Shown: piece after piece, positions 50,201 through 64,000 of the stretch
Layout of the letters: every line of letters begins with the position of its first letter
Numbering within the stretch: the stretch's first letter is position 1
Origin: Lingula anatina
Taxonomy: Eukaryota; Animalia; Brachiopoda
DNA length: 64,000 nt
Assembly: GCA_051362555.1 (NCBI GenBank)
Contig: CM120644.1
Span: forward strand, 2,922,954 to 2,986,953
Reading direction: 5' to 3'
The notes under the pieces: generated by a model
The model's input: the letters and a program-made list of their open reading frames with translations, nothing else
What the model was told of the DNA's origin: nothing
The model's database searches: none
Position numbers and translations under genes: made by a program

Positions 50201-53200
50201 ACAATCCAAGCCTTACACAACTCTTCATGACCTTCTTAACTAACTTAAAATGCTTTTTGTAGACACCAAAATGTGTAAAGCAAATTCAAAAAGTAACCTT
50301 ACATCTGATTATGTAATTCTCGCTACAAGCATTGATACAAAATATGATCAGTTATGAGTTTTTTTAAAGATAGAATTCAAACTGCATTCAAACTTACAAG
50401 AGAAAAGTGATTTAATGTCTTTTGGTGAGGGGGAAAAAACAGGTTCCATCTTGTAAGGTATGCAGACCATGTAAATTCAAAGCAACTGTTTCACAGTAAA
50501 TAAAAAAGAACATTTTGCCAATCTTATTTTTCTTTGATATGAAAACAAGTATATGTGTAAGGTTACTTTTCACATCCACTGTTACAGTGCTAACTCCCAT
50601 ATCTGATGTAATATCTATAGCAAGAGCAGGTTGGCAGAGTAAGGATACACTGTGTTTCTCAAAGCTGTTGATCCAAGAAAGAAGTGTCAAAAAAGCCCAA
50701 TCATTTTAAAACCTTGTACACAAGCCAGAACCACTCAACTCCAACAAGCATACTGGTATATAGAGGACTCAAATCAGCACTTGCTCCAAACACTACCTTA
50801 GAACAGGATTGGGAATAGAGACTGATGATAATAATTTTAAGGACCCTCCCCTCCTTTGCCCTCGCGAAAGGTTAACATATGCACAGAATCTTTAAAAGTA
50901 AATTTCTGGACCAGAAATGTCTCAGTAGATGATTACTATGACTAAGGTTGAACTCTGACAGATCATCCAGAAGTTCATGTCCCACAATCATAGCAATTAT
51001 CTACCAATGCTGACAGACACAGATATTCAATTATTTCTCTATAAATGCCTTCAACTGGGTTTTTAATAATCCCATCTTTAAAAATGAAATACAAAAATTG
51101 TTGACTTTCTTTTATATTACATGCAAAATACAAGGTACATTCCCATCCCTGTTGTTACATATATGCTGTACAAAAAATTACATCCACTCATAACTGACAA
51201 GCTCATGCTGTGTAAAAAGGAATCAGTTTAAACTAAATAAGTTGTATGTTATGCAGAACAATTCAACCCAAAACTAAAATGGTGGAAGGAAAATGGTGGA
51301 TACTCCCATTTCATTTGGACAAAATCTATCAAAGTTTAGCCATGATCTTGCCGAAAACCACTTACAACTATAAGGATAAACATTATTAAGCAAGGCACAA
51401 ACAACACTTAATTAAACACCTACAACAACAACATTAAGCATTAAGCAAAGATGATGACAACAACGACAACAGCAACAACATGTACTGCTCATACTGGCAA
51501 CTGAAAAAATACTCCCCAATGCTAAAGCTGCAAGAACAATGTTCAATGATATATGGGATGACAGCTGACAAGTGACACATGACAGACTGTTCAAGTGACA
51601 ATTGACATTCAACTATAATTTGGTGAAGTATGTCTATACAGGGTAACAACTGAGACAAATGAATGATATAGCAGGCACAAAAGCCCTGAATACCACAGGA
51701 AGGAGGGGGATAACTCTGCATGCATAAGGAAATGTCCTTTTAGTGCCATTTTCTAGGATTTCACATAGGCAACACATGGAATGGAATGGCCAGAGGGTAG
51801 GATGAAAAGTTGGGTACCTTGCCATAAATACGTGGACACTGTTCGCCATGCTGTATCTATGAATGATGGGTGAAGAGGGAAGGACCAAGGATGATAAAAA
51901 ACATGCACATACACCACCCACTTAGCAAATTATACCATTACGATGAGACATTTAAGCATGCAAGATTTCACTTTTGCATTGTGTAGGCAAGTCATTTGAC
52001 AGCAAATAACAGGAAAGGAAAATTGGTGGCAAAAAAATTATGCAGTTTCTGAAAATCAATTTGGATTAATCCAAGGTGTAACTTGTCACACGACAAGATA
52101 CCCCTAAAAAATTTACTTTTAATGTAGACTTGTATTGTGACATAAAGCACAAATATTGTTTTTATTAGGGTCTTTCCCACCCCATAGTAAATTATAAAAT
52201 TATATAAAAAAATATCTGTTATATAAAAATTTTAATTTTAACAAGTGATAATTAGCTGCCTTTTGTGACTATCATTCATTTAAAGCCCAAGGTCTTTAAG
52301 ATGCCATGCAAAAGTGCAAATCCAGCATTACAGCGAAATGTACACCAAGCAGAAAGTTTCACAGATCTCTCAGCCTCCTTTACACCCAAATTTGGCCCGA
52401 AAGAATCAGTTGTGAAACTCTCCTGAAATATGCCAGCAGTGCGAGAAACACAGTTTATAACCTTTCCGCCATTGGGCGCGAGTGTTTTGGGCCGTCGAAA
52501 TGAGCTACTGGTTTTAAGGATAGACTTTGGCGGGGATTGAGTCGGCTCAGTGACAAGTCTGAAACGAGTGGCAACAGTGCCTCTTTATAATTAACATCCT
52601 TCTTATAAATATCATATGCCTCATTAAAGAGTTTAGACATATTAGTGAATCATAGTACTTGACTGATATAAATTGAAACAAATCTAATAACATGATATAT
52701 GAATAATATCATAATGAATCTGCAGTTAAATAACATTTCATTAATGGACATTACTTTCTGGTTCTTTTTTATACTGGGATTTTGAAAATTACATAATTCA
52801 CTCACATGAAGGACTGTTCAATTTTTTTCCAAAGACAAAATTTATAATTTTTTTGTGAATTGATGCTCTGATGGTAATATTGCAATTTTTGAAGCAGTTT
52901 CATATTAAAAAGCACTCCACTGGCTCATTACCAATTAACTTTAGCAAACTAAACAGCATAAAGGGACCCATGCTTCAACTCATTCTCAAAGGCCACTGAC
53001 ATTAAAAATATACGAAAAGAAACAGGCAAGACACTCTTTACAATCATCATGGTATCCAGAACTTGTTAGAAAAATCTTTTATTAATAATTCAACTTCTAA
53101 ATAGTAACCTATGTCAAATTTCCACCAAAATTCATTCAAAGGAAACAAGCACATTCAATGCACAAACATATCCCAGTAAAAAAAAAACTCACCTTTTTAG

Positions 53201-56200
53201 AGTAAAAAGAGTTCCTGTAAGTTTTTTGCACTTCTTTAATGCACTCTCCAGTCTCTCTGGCTCATCCTTCAAATATCTGAAACATTGGGGTAGAATATAA
53301 TACTCTTTATATCATGTAGAGAGAAGATCTTTAGTTTAAACTGGTAATATCATTCCATGCATCATTTATGTTATATATAAGATTTTTTCATTCTCAAATA
53401 TGTCATTTTTTAGCACTTACGGCAATAACCTTTTTTATCGTATAGAAACTACAGTTTCCAGCTGTGTTTCAGTATGACAATCTTGAACTATCCAAGTCTG
53501 ACCTACTTTTCTTCCTTAACGACCACTTCCATCTCTGCTGTCATTACCGTCTTCAGCTCCTCTTGTAACACAGGGAAGCCACCTATAGGAGAAGGAAGAA
53601 ACACAATTGTCTTAAACTTGAAAAAGTAAAAGGCAAATATTTTGTAAGTAGCAATGTGTACCATAAAAAGACAAGGAGAGGTAAAAATACACCTTATAGT
53701 ATGCTACTTTTTAACACAAATGCCCAAAATCTAAGTTAACTTTGTTATATCAAATAATTCCATTTCTAATATCCAGTTTTACTAAATAATTTGAACAAAT
53801 GTTTAAAGAATTGTGCCACATTTGAGAAAAAGACTTAACTATTACCTTTCAACTCTCCAAGTGCTTTGCTAATATGACTCAGTGCCAGCGCCATGGATTC
53901 CACGTCAGCCATATTGACCCTGCACCGTCTGTTGATGACATCACTGCGAAGTTCTTCAACTGATGATTCTAGATCACTGAAAGATCATGCCCAATCACAA
54001 TCATCATTCCACGGCAAACCCAACATAGTCCCTGACTCACAGTGTAAGAATCAAATATTTTTGAAAAATAATTTTATTTGGGACAATGTCAGTGAGAAGT
54101 TTTATTTCTAATTTTTTTTCCTTAGGGCTCTCAATCTTTGCTTTGTGAACATCTCTGTGTAGTGTGTCAAAGCAGAAACAAACTAGCTTTATGAAATCTT
54201 AGGATAAAGAAACCTTGTAACAAGTTAGAAGAAGAAATGGTATGCGCATTCTCTTCATTACCCAAGTTCATTTTCCACTCTCTTGCAGTCCTGTTTAAAT
54301 GTGTCACAATGGACGTCTGCTCTACTCCGTCTGGCTCTCAGTGGGTGTCCAGAGGCCCCTGGTACTCCTGTCATGGCATCCTAATAACACAAAGGATTGT
54401 GGGATGTTTAGAACATTATGGGATACAAGTATACAAGACTCAGCAAAGAATTGTGAATTTTTAATTATAATGGCTTTATTTTCCTGTCTCCTGCAAAGGA
54501 ACATCAAGAGCAGGGAATAGTTTCAGCCAAACCCACAGAAATAATCCTACAATACAAAACAAACAGTCATAAACTGTGAACAAATAGGAAAAAGTTGCAC
54601 ACAATGTACCAAGTCATTCTAAGTACCTTTATTTTTTCAAAAGCTTCTCTTATAGTATCCCGTATGTTATCAGCCTGTGCCTCTTGTATCCGTCTGAGAT
54701 TGCGACACTCTGTCTTCAGTTCCTTGGCCTTTGCCTGGAGTCCTCTGATGGAGTCCTGTACCTCAGAACTCATCTCTGGCTGCGGTGTAGAGGTGGAGCC
54801 ACCAGATATACCTGACCAATGGAAATGCTCTTGATTATATTCGTGGATTTACAATTCTGAAAATGTTTCATATAAGAAAGTTTAAACATATTGGCACTGC
54901 ATTCTGGGAACATGGGTGACTCTCAAATTTCCCGCCAGCATCTCTGGCTTTGGTAAGGAGGTGGAGCCACTAGATTTACCTGACCAATTGAAATGTTCTT
55001 GATTATATTTATGAATTTACAATTCTAACATTGTTTTATATAAAAAAAAGTTTAAACATATTTGCACTGTATACTGAAAGTATGGACAACCTTCAAATTC
55101 CGTACCAGTCTCCTGGAATATAAATGAGTGCAGGGTTGAACTGCTAGTAGTATAACTAGCTTTTTATTGAACAATAATCAAAATACAGATGATTAAATGT
55201 AGCAAAAAGTTCCATAAAGATCATTTTGAATGCAATATGCTATATCAAATATTGTTAGACAATGGACCTTAGTTCTGCTGTTTCTTTCCTTTTTTTTTTT
55301 TTTTTTGCACATTTTATTTTTGTTAATTCGTCAATTTATCATGCACATACATTCACTTTACTTCGTGAGTGTACCATGCAAAAATTGGGACAAAAAATCA
55401 TGCCAGAAACGATTAATTGCTACCTAATTCAAATATTCAACTGCCTGCTACCTGAAAGTACAAATTATACTAGGTTTGACAATAAAAAAGGCTACATTAG
55501 AACAAAATCCAATTCCAAAGTTTCTAATCATTCTCATCATCAATCACAAAGTGTATATTTTTTCAGGGCCATGGTATGACGTGCAAGTTATTTATGATAA
55601 ACTTTTCTATTTCAAGCAATGTTAAATGCTGTTATGTACAGTTCTATATTCTACTATCTCTGTTGGCTGTATCTGTGTAGCATGCTCATGCTCAATGCAT
55701 GCTGTATACCTTGTAGAGATGACACAGAACTGCTAGGAGTGGGAGAATACTGGGTGGACTCTGAAATGTTGCCATTATTCAATGTTGATAACGATTTATG
55801 CAACTGTATGAAATTCTATGTCTATTAAAATCTGCTAGATATATAATTTTCATTTTAAAGTTAAATATAATCATTCTGACGTAATGTGTGATTCTGATCA
55901 GAAAAACTTTTGCCCTCCTTCAGAACCTCTGAAAATACAAAATCTATCACCTTATTCTGTTCTTTTAATTATATAATCTCATACAATTACAAACTTCAAA
56001 CATTTTACTGCAAGCTATGATTCCACTTCTGTAAAAGAACACTTCCCTCCCCCTCCTCCCTCTACACCTCACATAACCTCTCAAGCTTTCATATCACCAA
56101 ATACTACTCACTAGAGGCACTGCCACTTCTGTAAAAGAGCCCCCCCTCCCCTCCTCACCCTTCATCTCATATAAATCTCACAAGATTTCATTTCATTTAC

Positions 56201-59200
56201 TAATTACTCACTAGAGGCACTGCCACTGTTGTGACTCCCAGTCAAACTGCCTGCTGCACTGCCCGGTCTACTGACCACATTGTGGACCAGGGCGGTCAGG
56301 TTGGCTAGCTGTGCCTCCATCTTGGCCATCTGCATTCTGTGGAGAAGAAACAGGGGTTGTATATTTCATTTCTTTGTGAAATGTTCATGACCTTTTAATA
56401 AAGTATGTGCTTTAAGAAATATGGAAAATTTTGCATCACTTTGCTTAACATTTCCCAGCATACACTGAAAAATCAATTGTATTCAAAGTAAAATATTTTG
56501 TAGTTCTTCCATTCAATCTAGATATGTCTTGCCAAGGCAAATGAGTGGTTCAAAACATCATTTAACAATCTCACCTTTCATTTCATAACACCTGCTAAAG
56601 ATAAAACCTTTTAATTGCTCATGTGCAAAATTGCAAATAAATTTAAAATAAACTTCCACATTCAAATATTTGTAAAAAATAAAAAAATTCCTCACCTTGT
56701 TCCAGGGTCGTTGCCAGGCGTGGGGGTCACATTCCCAGACCTGGTGCCGCTCTGGTACGCATTGTTATAGTTCATGGTGCGGGGGTCACGCTGCATGATG
56801 GGGGTGGTGGGTAAACTCTGGGCTGCCATCTGTCTGGAAGCTGGAGGGGGGTAACCTGGAAAGGGGGGTGGACAATTAAGTCTTTATCTGACAATGAAGT
56901 TAATTTAGACATGAATTCTCCTCCCTCCCCCTCCAAAACTCTGAACTTTCATTGTGGAACAACACATTTTATCGGCTGGGGTTCTGGGGCATCCTTAGGT
57001 CCCATTAAAACTGAATTACATTATCAATTTAGTTAATCAAATTAATCTGTCCAGCCACAGAAAAAAACTCATGTCTGTAATTAAAACAGTTTAATATGAT
57101 CTAAATTTATGTGTGAAAATGGACCAAGATTCACAATTTATTCACTGTCTGGTGAAATATAAGCTTAAACATGTTTTTTTTAGAACAACAGATTTTAAAT
57201 TTAATACAGAGACTGAATGAACCTGACAGACAAAAGTCCCCATTATTTTCATGCTTCAAGAATTTCATATTCCAAAGGTACAGCAGTTTCAACAGCTATC
57301 AAATCCCTGATATTTAGCACATAATTTCTTTTTATAATTTCCACGAGTTCCACAGTTACTATATGACAGTGTCAATCAAACATGTGCCCACCTTGATGAG
57401 GTCCTGGTGAAGGGGGTGGTCTTTGAGGAGGTCCATATGGCTGAGACGTGGGCGTGGTTCTTCCTCTCTGCCCCTCCCACTGCCCTGTGGGGGTGGGGCC
57501 TCTCCCAGGAGGACGGCCTGCCACCACTTGCTGCTGTAGAAACATGCGTTGAATCTCGTCATGTGACATGTACTCACTAGGTGGTGGTAGTGTGCGACTT
57601 TGACCAGGAACCTGATGTGCCGGGACGTGAGGTGAGGGAAGGAAGGAGGGAAGGAAAAGGAAAGAAACAAACATGACTCAAACTGAATATTCTGTGCATG
57701 CTAACTAAAGTGCAATTTGAGGTATTATTCCATTATAAAGAAAACTATTAGGGTTTATGCATGCTGTGGTAGATTTCAAAACAAAAAACAAGAATAAAGC
57801 ATGCCAACTTGAAACACTTTAACGCATAATCAAACTGTGCAGGTGATGGTGATCTAAATTTAACTTGAAAAATTCAAGTATTCAGTAACATTATAGGCCA
57901 AGATCAACTGAAACCCACAGCAAACTCCAAGTCTCTAGCTATAAATGTAAATAAATGGTCATATAACTCATTTTGAGAATCAACAGCCAGAATACCAAGA
58001 GGTACCAAAATTTAGCAGAAAAGTAGCAAATTTCAGAGGTATTTAAAAGCAGAATTCCAATTCTCAAAAATATTTAGACTTAGGTCTGTAAATCATATAA
58101 TGAAGTATTTACAAACAAACACTTACTAAGCACTTTCTTGAAATTATTCATTTTATCACTGAAGCAAACTATTCTAATAGATCTACGATCCAAAAACTAA
58201 TAAATCAGACCAGTTAGTCGATGAAAAAATTGGTCCAAAAGATGTACGCAGAAACAATTTCTACATTCCTTACTACAGATACCTGTTGTGGAGGATAGCC
58301 ATGATACGTGGGTGACTTGGTGGGTGGACGGCGCATGTGAGACACTCCAGAGTCATACTCTGGCTCAGAGTAGTAGCTAGGGTCCTCATAGTTTCTGTTG
58401 CCATAGTAAACTGGCTTAGTCTGAAGCGTGTCTTTACTGTCTAAGTCATGGAGCTTCAGGACACAACGGTCACGGATATCTCTGGAATAACGGAGTAATA
58501 TGATGCTAAAATTGTATTTCTGAAATACATTTTTTCAAGGACTAAATATAGTTTTATTTAGTTCAGGTTCAAGCATGGAACACCCTAAAATGCGCCAAAT
58601 TCAGTTAAAGATGGCTTGCTTGTTTTATATGAGCTAGTGCAGTAAACTGAGGTGACATACATTACATAACTGAATGCACATATTTTTCATTCACTGTGCC
58701 TTGTGAACACTAAGCTTGCTTAAAAATAACAAATTAGCCTAGTAAACACCCAATCACATTTACAAAAACATAACGAACACATTATTCATATAACAACTTC
58801 AGTTCATATAATATTGTTAGTATGGCTGTCAGTCTGTTACACTGCATACCTCACATCCTCTAGAGGGCGATAGTAGTTGCTGTTGGGATCCATGACAAAG
58901 ATCTTCTTGCGGGGGTTTTCTAACATCTTCATGTTGAGCTGGTCGCCAAACGAGCGAGCAAACAGAGCCTTGATTGTGTCCAAATGAGCCAGTTCTGGAG
59001 GCAGGAGAGCTCTCTTTGTGGCTCCGTTGAAGACCAGAAATACTAAGGCTGAAATATGTCAATGTTATGTAAAATATCAACAACGAATAAATATTTAAAT
59101 TTATAAATTAAAAAAAAAATTTAAAGATAAACATCACAAATGACTTTAAATAGTCAAAGTGCATGTTTGGATTTATATAGTTGTAGTTTCAAACAATTAA

Positions 59201-62200
59201 ACAAAAACTGAATCAGAAGCTGAACATTTGTGCAGACAAATGTACTGTACGTTATTTGATTATCATTCTATTTTTCTTTCTTTTTCAGCATCATCTAGGT
59301 GCAGTGTTCGAATACACTCATAAATCTTAACATATCAAATATATATTTGCACTTTCATACCAAATATAAGGCAAACCGGGAATACAATATATAGACACTT
59401 ATTGTCGTTTTGAAATATATTTAACTTAACAGGGCAGATGTAAATCTTCATTCACCTGGTGGTCTTTCTCCACGCGGGGACCTCATAGGGAGACTGGAAC
59501 GGACAAATCCTCCTCGACGAAAATTTCCTGTGGCCTCTGTTTCTGCCTCAGACATAATTCCATCATCCTCTTCTTCGTATCCGTAATGCTGGCGTTGGTC
59601 CTGAGCAACCATTCTTCTCTGCATCTGAACACTTGAGGGTCGACCCTAGAATGAGAAAGTCATAGTGTTTTATTTGGAAGTGATAGGCACGAGTAATTTA
59701 TATTTTGACTATTTTGCTTGTGTGAAAACAACACTGTTCTGAATGTTGAAACATTTCTTGCTTTCAAATTTTCACAGTTGAAGGTTAACTATTCCACACA
59801 TCAACCATACCAATCATACATGTTTTGAATTTCCTATGAGGCAAGGCAAGGAATTTATATGAAAAGGTTTGCTTGCTTGCTGTTAGCACTTTGATCATTT
59901 GAAAAAGACAACTGTTGTCATCAGACCTTGTTTTTGTTTTGCTAATGTGAGCAAATTCTTATAAACAGTAGACTCTGTGATTCATTACTGTGTAATGTGG
60001 ATTTAGTTTGTCATTTACCTCAAACAAAATTTTTCAAACCAAAATTTTCTTTCATCTGCCCTCCATTTTTAAACAGATAGGACTGCACAGATAAACACGC
60101 ACAAAAAAAAAAAAAAAAAAAAAAAAAAACTAGGACATTAGCCAACTGAAATTATATATCCTCTGTGGTTTAAAAATACTTCACAAAGATGTTAACTGGA
60201 TATAATTCAGCATTAATGGGTAACCTTAGAACAACTACAAATCTCATGAAAATAATATAAATGATATCAGATTCTGAAAGAAATAACAAAGGGACTGATT
60301 TATAACTAACTTCAATTTATAGCCACTTTCAATTTTTCCGTTCAAAATCTTATACCTAGAAATTTAAAAACTTTCCCATATCAATACAAAATATAAATAC
60401 AAAACCCATCCCCTGCGAAAATTTGTCTCATTTAAGGTTCACTTACAGTTCTCAATCTGTCCTTCCTGACCTGTTTTAGGACATTCTGAAGGACTTTCAA
60501 AAAACAAATCTTGAAATGTTACATTCATTACATGGCACATTATTTATATCTATGTAACTTACTTACTTATCTATGTCTTATGTAATTGTCATTAATTGTA
60601 ATTATCTGTCATCAAACTTGCTTTTAACAGCCATGTAAACAGCTATGTAACTGTAGTTCTCCCACCCTTTAAGGTTGAACATATCCTTTTATCTAGCATA
60701 TGCTTGTATCCATGTCTTTATAGTATGTTTATTGTAAATTTATAATCACACCAAGGTTTATCTTAGATAGAATATTTTATGAATAAATTTACTAGTACAT
60801 ATGTTCATTGTATAAAGATTATTTTTTCATTCACAAATGGCTAGGCAACATAATTACCAATTAGAGAAATGGTAATGCACCAACTGTATTGTATCATCAT
60901 TAATATATCATATTGTATAAGGTCATGACAATCTATGTACCAGTACAGAAATGAATTGAATTGAATTGAATTACAGAACAACATTAGAACTGTAAATAAA
61001 AAATAAACCAAATGTTCTAGATAGTAGAATAGATTGAGAACAGTAAGTGAATGTTACATTTTTGCAGGGGGATGACTAGATCTGTTCTGGTTCTGTGTTC
61101 TCACCTCCATAGCAGGGTCTGGCACTCTCTGGTGGTAACCCTGTATTGTGTTGGCATGCTGGGGGTACCTCTGGGCCAGATGGTCAAATAGGGCGTCCCT
61201 CTGCTTTAACTTTACCTGTAAGGACAATATTGATCAGTGGTCAGTTTATCTGGTCAGTGATCTAGCTCCCATACTGGTCAGTTTATGATAAGAACATCAC
61301 CGTTGTGTCAACCAGTTTGTCCATTTATTTTGTCCAACTCAGTCAATACTACATTACATTAAATATTTTAAGTAATTCAATGGGTTTTAAAACATAACCT
61401 TATATTACTTTAACTTATAATATATTTAAAAGAGTTATGACATGTCTTTTATGGTGCTTTGCTAAACACTGATTTTCAGGACATTTTTTTTTTATTTGTA
61501 CTAGTAATAACATGAACATCATGTTAGATATCACCTATAAGCAGAAAAGTAGAACATCCAACAGAATTTCATATATATGCATGAAATAAGTAAAATTCAA
61601 GAATGCTCATAAATCATAATTGAGCATTGCATTTTTGTGTTATAAGTTTGGCTAACAAAGTTGCAGACTGAATGGACATTATTCTCATTCCATTAACAGC
61701 AGTAAAAACTAAAATAAAAAAAAAATAGACATAAAATCTTTTTTACTACAACAGCTGCTTTCATACCGACTTTCCTATAATTTCGTATCAAGGCACTTAG
61801 TTGTATTAATTCAAAATAATTTTAGACAGCAGATGTGACATTTAATGTTCTTAACAGCTATTTGTTGTTTCAGAGCAATTTACGAACAGATGCACATAAC
61901 ATGTGTTGTTTGAGAGCATTTACGAACAAATGAACATGACAATGTCTACATTTTCTTGTCCAATTAATTCCAAGTGAGAAGAGCAAACAAACCAAGCACT
62001 AAAAACATCCTCTCCAGCTTAACATAATATTATTGTTCAGTTTGGATGAATTGCTCTTCAAAGTAATCTTTGAAAGCAATTCTTGAAAGGAAAAAATTGA
62101 ACTTCAGCAGCCTTAATGGGCAAGAAATGTAACTGTGAAAAAGAAAGTGTCTGTAAATTTCATGTAGTTCTAAATGTCTATGGGCAGGACTCCCTCATCT

Positions 62201-62246
62201 GAATTTAAATAAGCAAAAGAAAAAAATAATACAAAACAAGATAAAA

Positions 62247-62285
<39 letters not shown>

Positions 62286-62650
62286 ATTGCTCATTAAGAT
62301 AACTGTTCATTCTTGTTGATTTTTCATGGGCATATCTGAGCGATCTGAAGATGTTTTTGTCTTTGAATTAATACCAAACACCAGCAGAAATTTCTAATTT
62401 TAATTTAATTTAATTTTTCTTAATTTCTAATCCAGAGATAATATCAAATTTCAACAGAAAATGTAAAAGCCAAATGCGGAGGGAAGGGTATGTCAATGGC
62501 TGACCAAGAGTCCCAAATATGTCACCTCTTCCTCGGCCCTCATGATGTCCCCTGCGATGCCTGATCCCCCTACTGTGTGGCGCCTGATCTTCCCCTTCCT
62601 GCTGGTGGCGCGATCTAGTGACGCCGTCTCATACTCACCCCGCGCATTTA
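47295..62650 (-). CDS. SRCIN1/KIAA1217 (p140Cap/sickle tail)-like coiled-coil protein with AIP3-like domain, 5'-partial; exons 62650-62526, 61215-61105, 59645-59456, 59048-58850, 58481-58283, 57611-57392, 56855-56696, 56336-56212, (55760-55710), 54811-54627, 54380-54262, 53976-53846, 53582-53507, 53276-53193, 49708-49567, 49310-47295
   Basis: Phase-consistent exons. Family motifs: RRHTVGG, RDALFDHLAQRYPQH, MSEAET..FRRGGFVRSSLP, LVFLVFNGATKRALLP...IKALFARSF..L...LEDVRDIRDRCVLKL, MAKMEAQLANLTALV, LESSVEELRSDV..RRCRV, LKDEPERL. Long Q/H-rich last exon. Confidence 0.85.
60300..60972 (+). mobile_element. Possible old LINE 3' end remnant
   Basis: An FKKQILKCY-like terminal segment near 60495, an AT-rich 3'UTR-like stretch and a (GAATT)n tail at ~60953-60972. 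Boundaries are uncertain. Confidence 0.3.
62240..62286. repeat. (AAAT)n microsatellite
   Basis: Directly visible. Confidence 0.9.
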
Positions 62651-63833
62651 CTGGAAAAAGAAAAAGAAATATGGGTAAAAAATCTGATCAATTAATTTTC
62701 TAGCTCTATCGTCATTTACAACTTAACCAAAACAGTGATTGGCTAAATTAACTTTTAGTTTAGCAAATTCTAGGGCTGGAAACTGAAATTTGAATAAAAA
62801 ATTTTTTATTTTCCAATTGCAGCACACTTTAGAGCTGTAGTCTCGCACTTTTGCTTACATTCATACTGAAATGAAAAAAGTTTGGAACATTTCCTTGCTG
62901 GTCTAGACACATAATCTTATTAGTATACACACTTGTTTACTATCTCCAATTTACAAGGAATATGATCACATTTATTCAACAGAAATATGAAGCTGTATTT
63001 TTTCCTGTTTCCCTGCACAGCCATCTGATATCGTCTCATTTGCTTCTCACACTATAATAATTTAAAATTACAATCAAATTCTAAGAAATAATCAAACTTT
63101 GATGAAATATCAATTTTTCACTGCAAATTGGTGTGATTATTTTTTCTCAACAGATGACATATTTTTCATTTATTAACGGTGGTGAACAGGAAAATATGTC
63201 CAAGCTGTTCAATGACTAGAATATACATCCTGGAGTAGTAAACTACCATAAGTACTTTAAATCAATTTATCAAAATCATACACCTCACCCCATATGACAG
63301 ATCTATCAGCCACAGGTACAGACACACTCAAACTCTCACAGTTATACAAACTACTCAGTCACTTGTTTACTGGATAATCTCAAATTTTAAAGGGAAAGAT
63401 TAACCTCAAAACACAAACTGAATAAAGAAAACTTCTTGGGGCATATTTATCTTGGTTTATATTTCATGACACACTTAAAAGTAATAAAAGATCAACCTCT
63501 CCCTGCATACTAAGAGATTGAGAAGAAAAACTGCATTGTTCCATTTGTTTTGTGTTGTTGACAGAGTGACATAATCACACCCCTGGATGTGCAATTCAGC
63601 TAGCTTTTTTTTTTCGTCTTTGCAAAAAAAAAAGGCTTACCTCTTAGAAACATTATTTAAACAAGAAAATCACTAAAAATACAATTTAAAATAAAATCAT
63701 ACATTTTGCATCACACATGTACACAAAAAATCTTACTTATCCTACTTTCAATAAATCATACCTCCTCCACACATGCACATACACACACATTGATATATTC
63801 AAATACACTCACACAAACATACACATAAATGCG

Positions 63834-63835
<2 letters not shown>

Positions 63836-63883
<48 letters not shown>
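63836..63883. repeat. (CA)n microsatellite
   Basis: Directly visible. Confidence 0.95.
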
Positions 63884-63887
<4 letters not shown>

Positions 63888-64000
63888 CCAAAGAGCACCC
63901 AAAAAAGTCCTCTATTTACTGTGTGGTAATGATTGACATGCTGGGGTCTCTGGCCTTAGTGGCTCACCACCTCATAAACCAGACATTACCCTGTATTGAT

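Noticed and set aside
52306-52640. Short ORFs in the large SRCIN1-like intron
   Set aside because: No in-phase splice sites linking them to the gene and no recognisable motif; the flanking exons join correctly without them.

Overview
AT-rich, intron-rich invertebrate (metazoan) genomic DNA; the species cannot be determined from the sequence. Genes rebuilt by hand from GT-AG exons: (1) a two-coding-exon, 106-aa secreted precursor (minus strand, 9608->4810) ending in RKR-KCQPEFFSGTSRC-stop, a C-x10-C ring shaped like somatostatin, which the ORF track shows only as a fragment; (2) mitochondrial nuclease EXOG (minus, 5 coding exons); (3) an intronless RING/B-box/coiled-coil/NHL TRIM gene (plus) that appears to sit antisense inside an EXOG 5'UTR intron; (4) HSP60 (minus, 11 coding exons, 578 aa) head-to-head with (5) HSP10 (plus); (6) a 5'-partial SRCIN1/KIAA1217 (sickle tail)-like gene (minus). 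HSP60 introns carry two paralogous H/ACA snoRNA-like RNAs. One guide pocket matches a conserved 28S rRNA uridine and the other matches U10 of U1 snRNA. HSP60 also carries a 4.3-kb Academ transposon with TAG...CTA ends and a 3-bp TSD. Other elements: a decayed Tc1, LINE 3' fragments, several MITEs and microsatellites. No database searches were run; family calls rest on remembered motifs.
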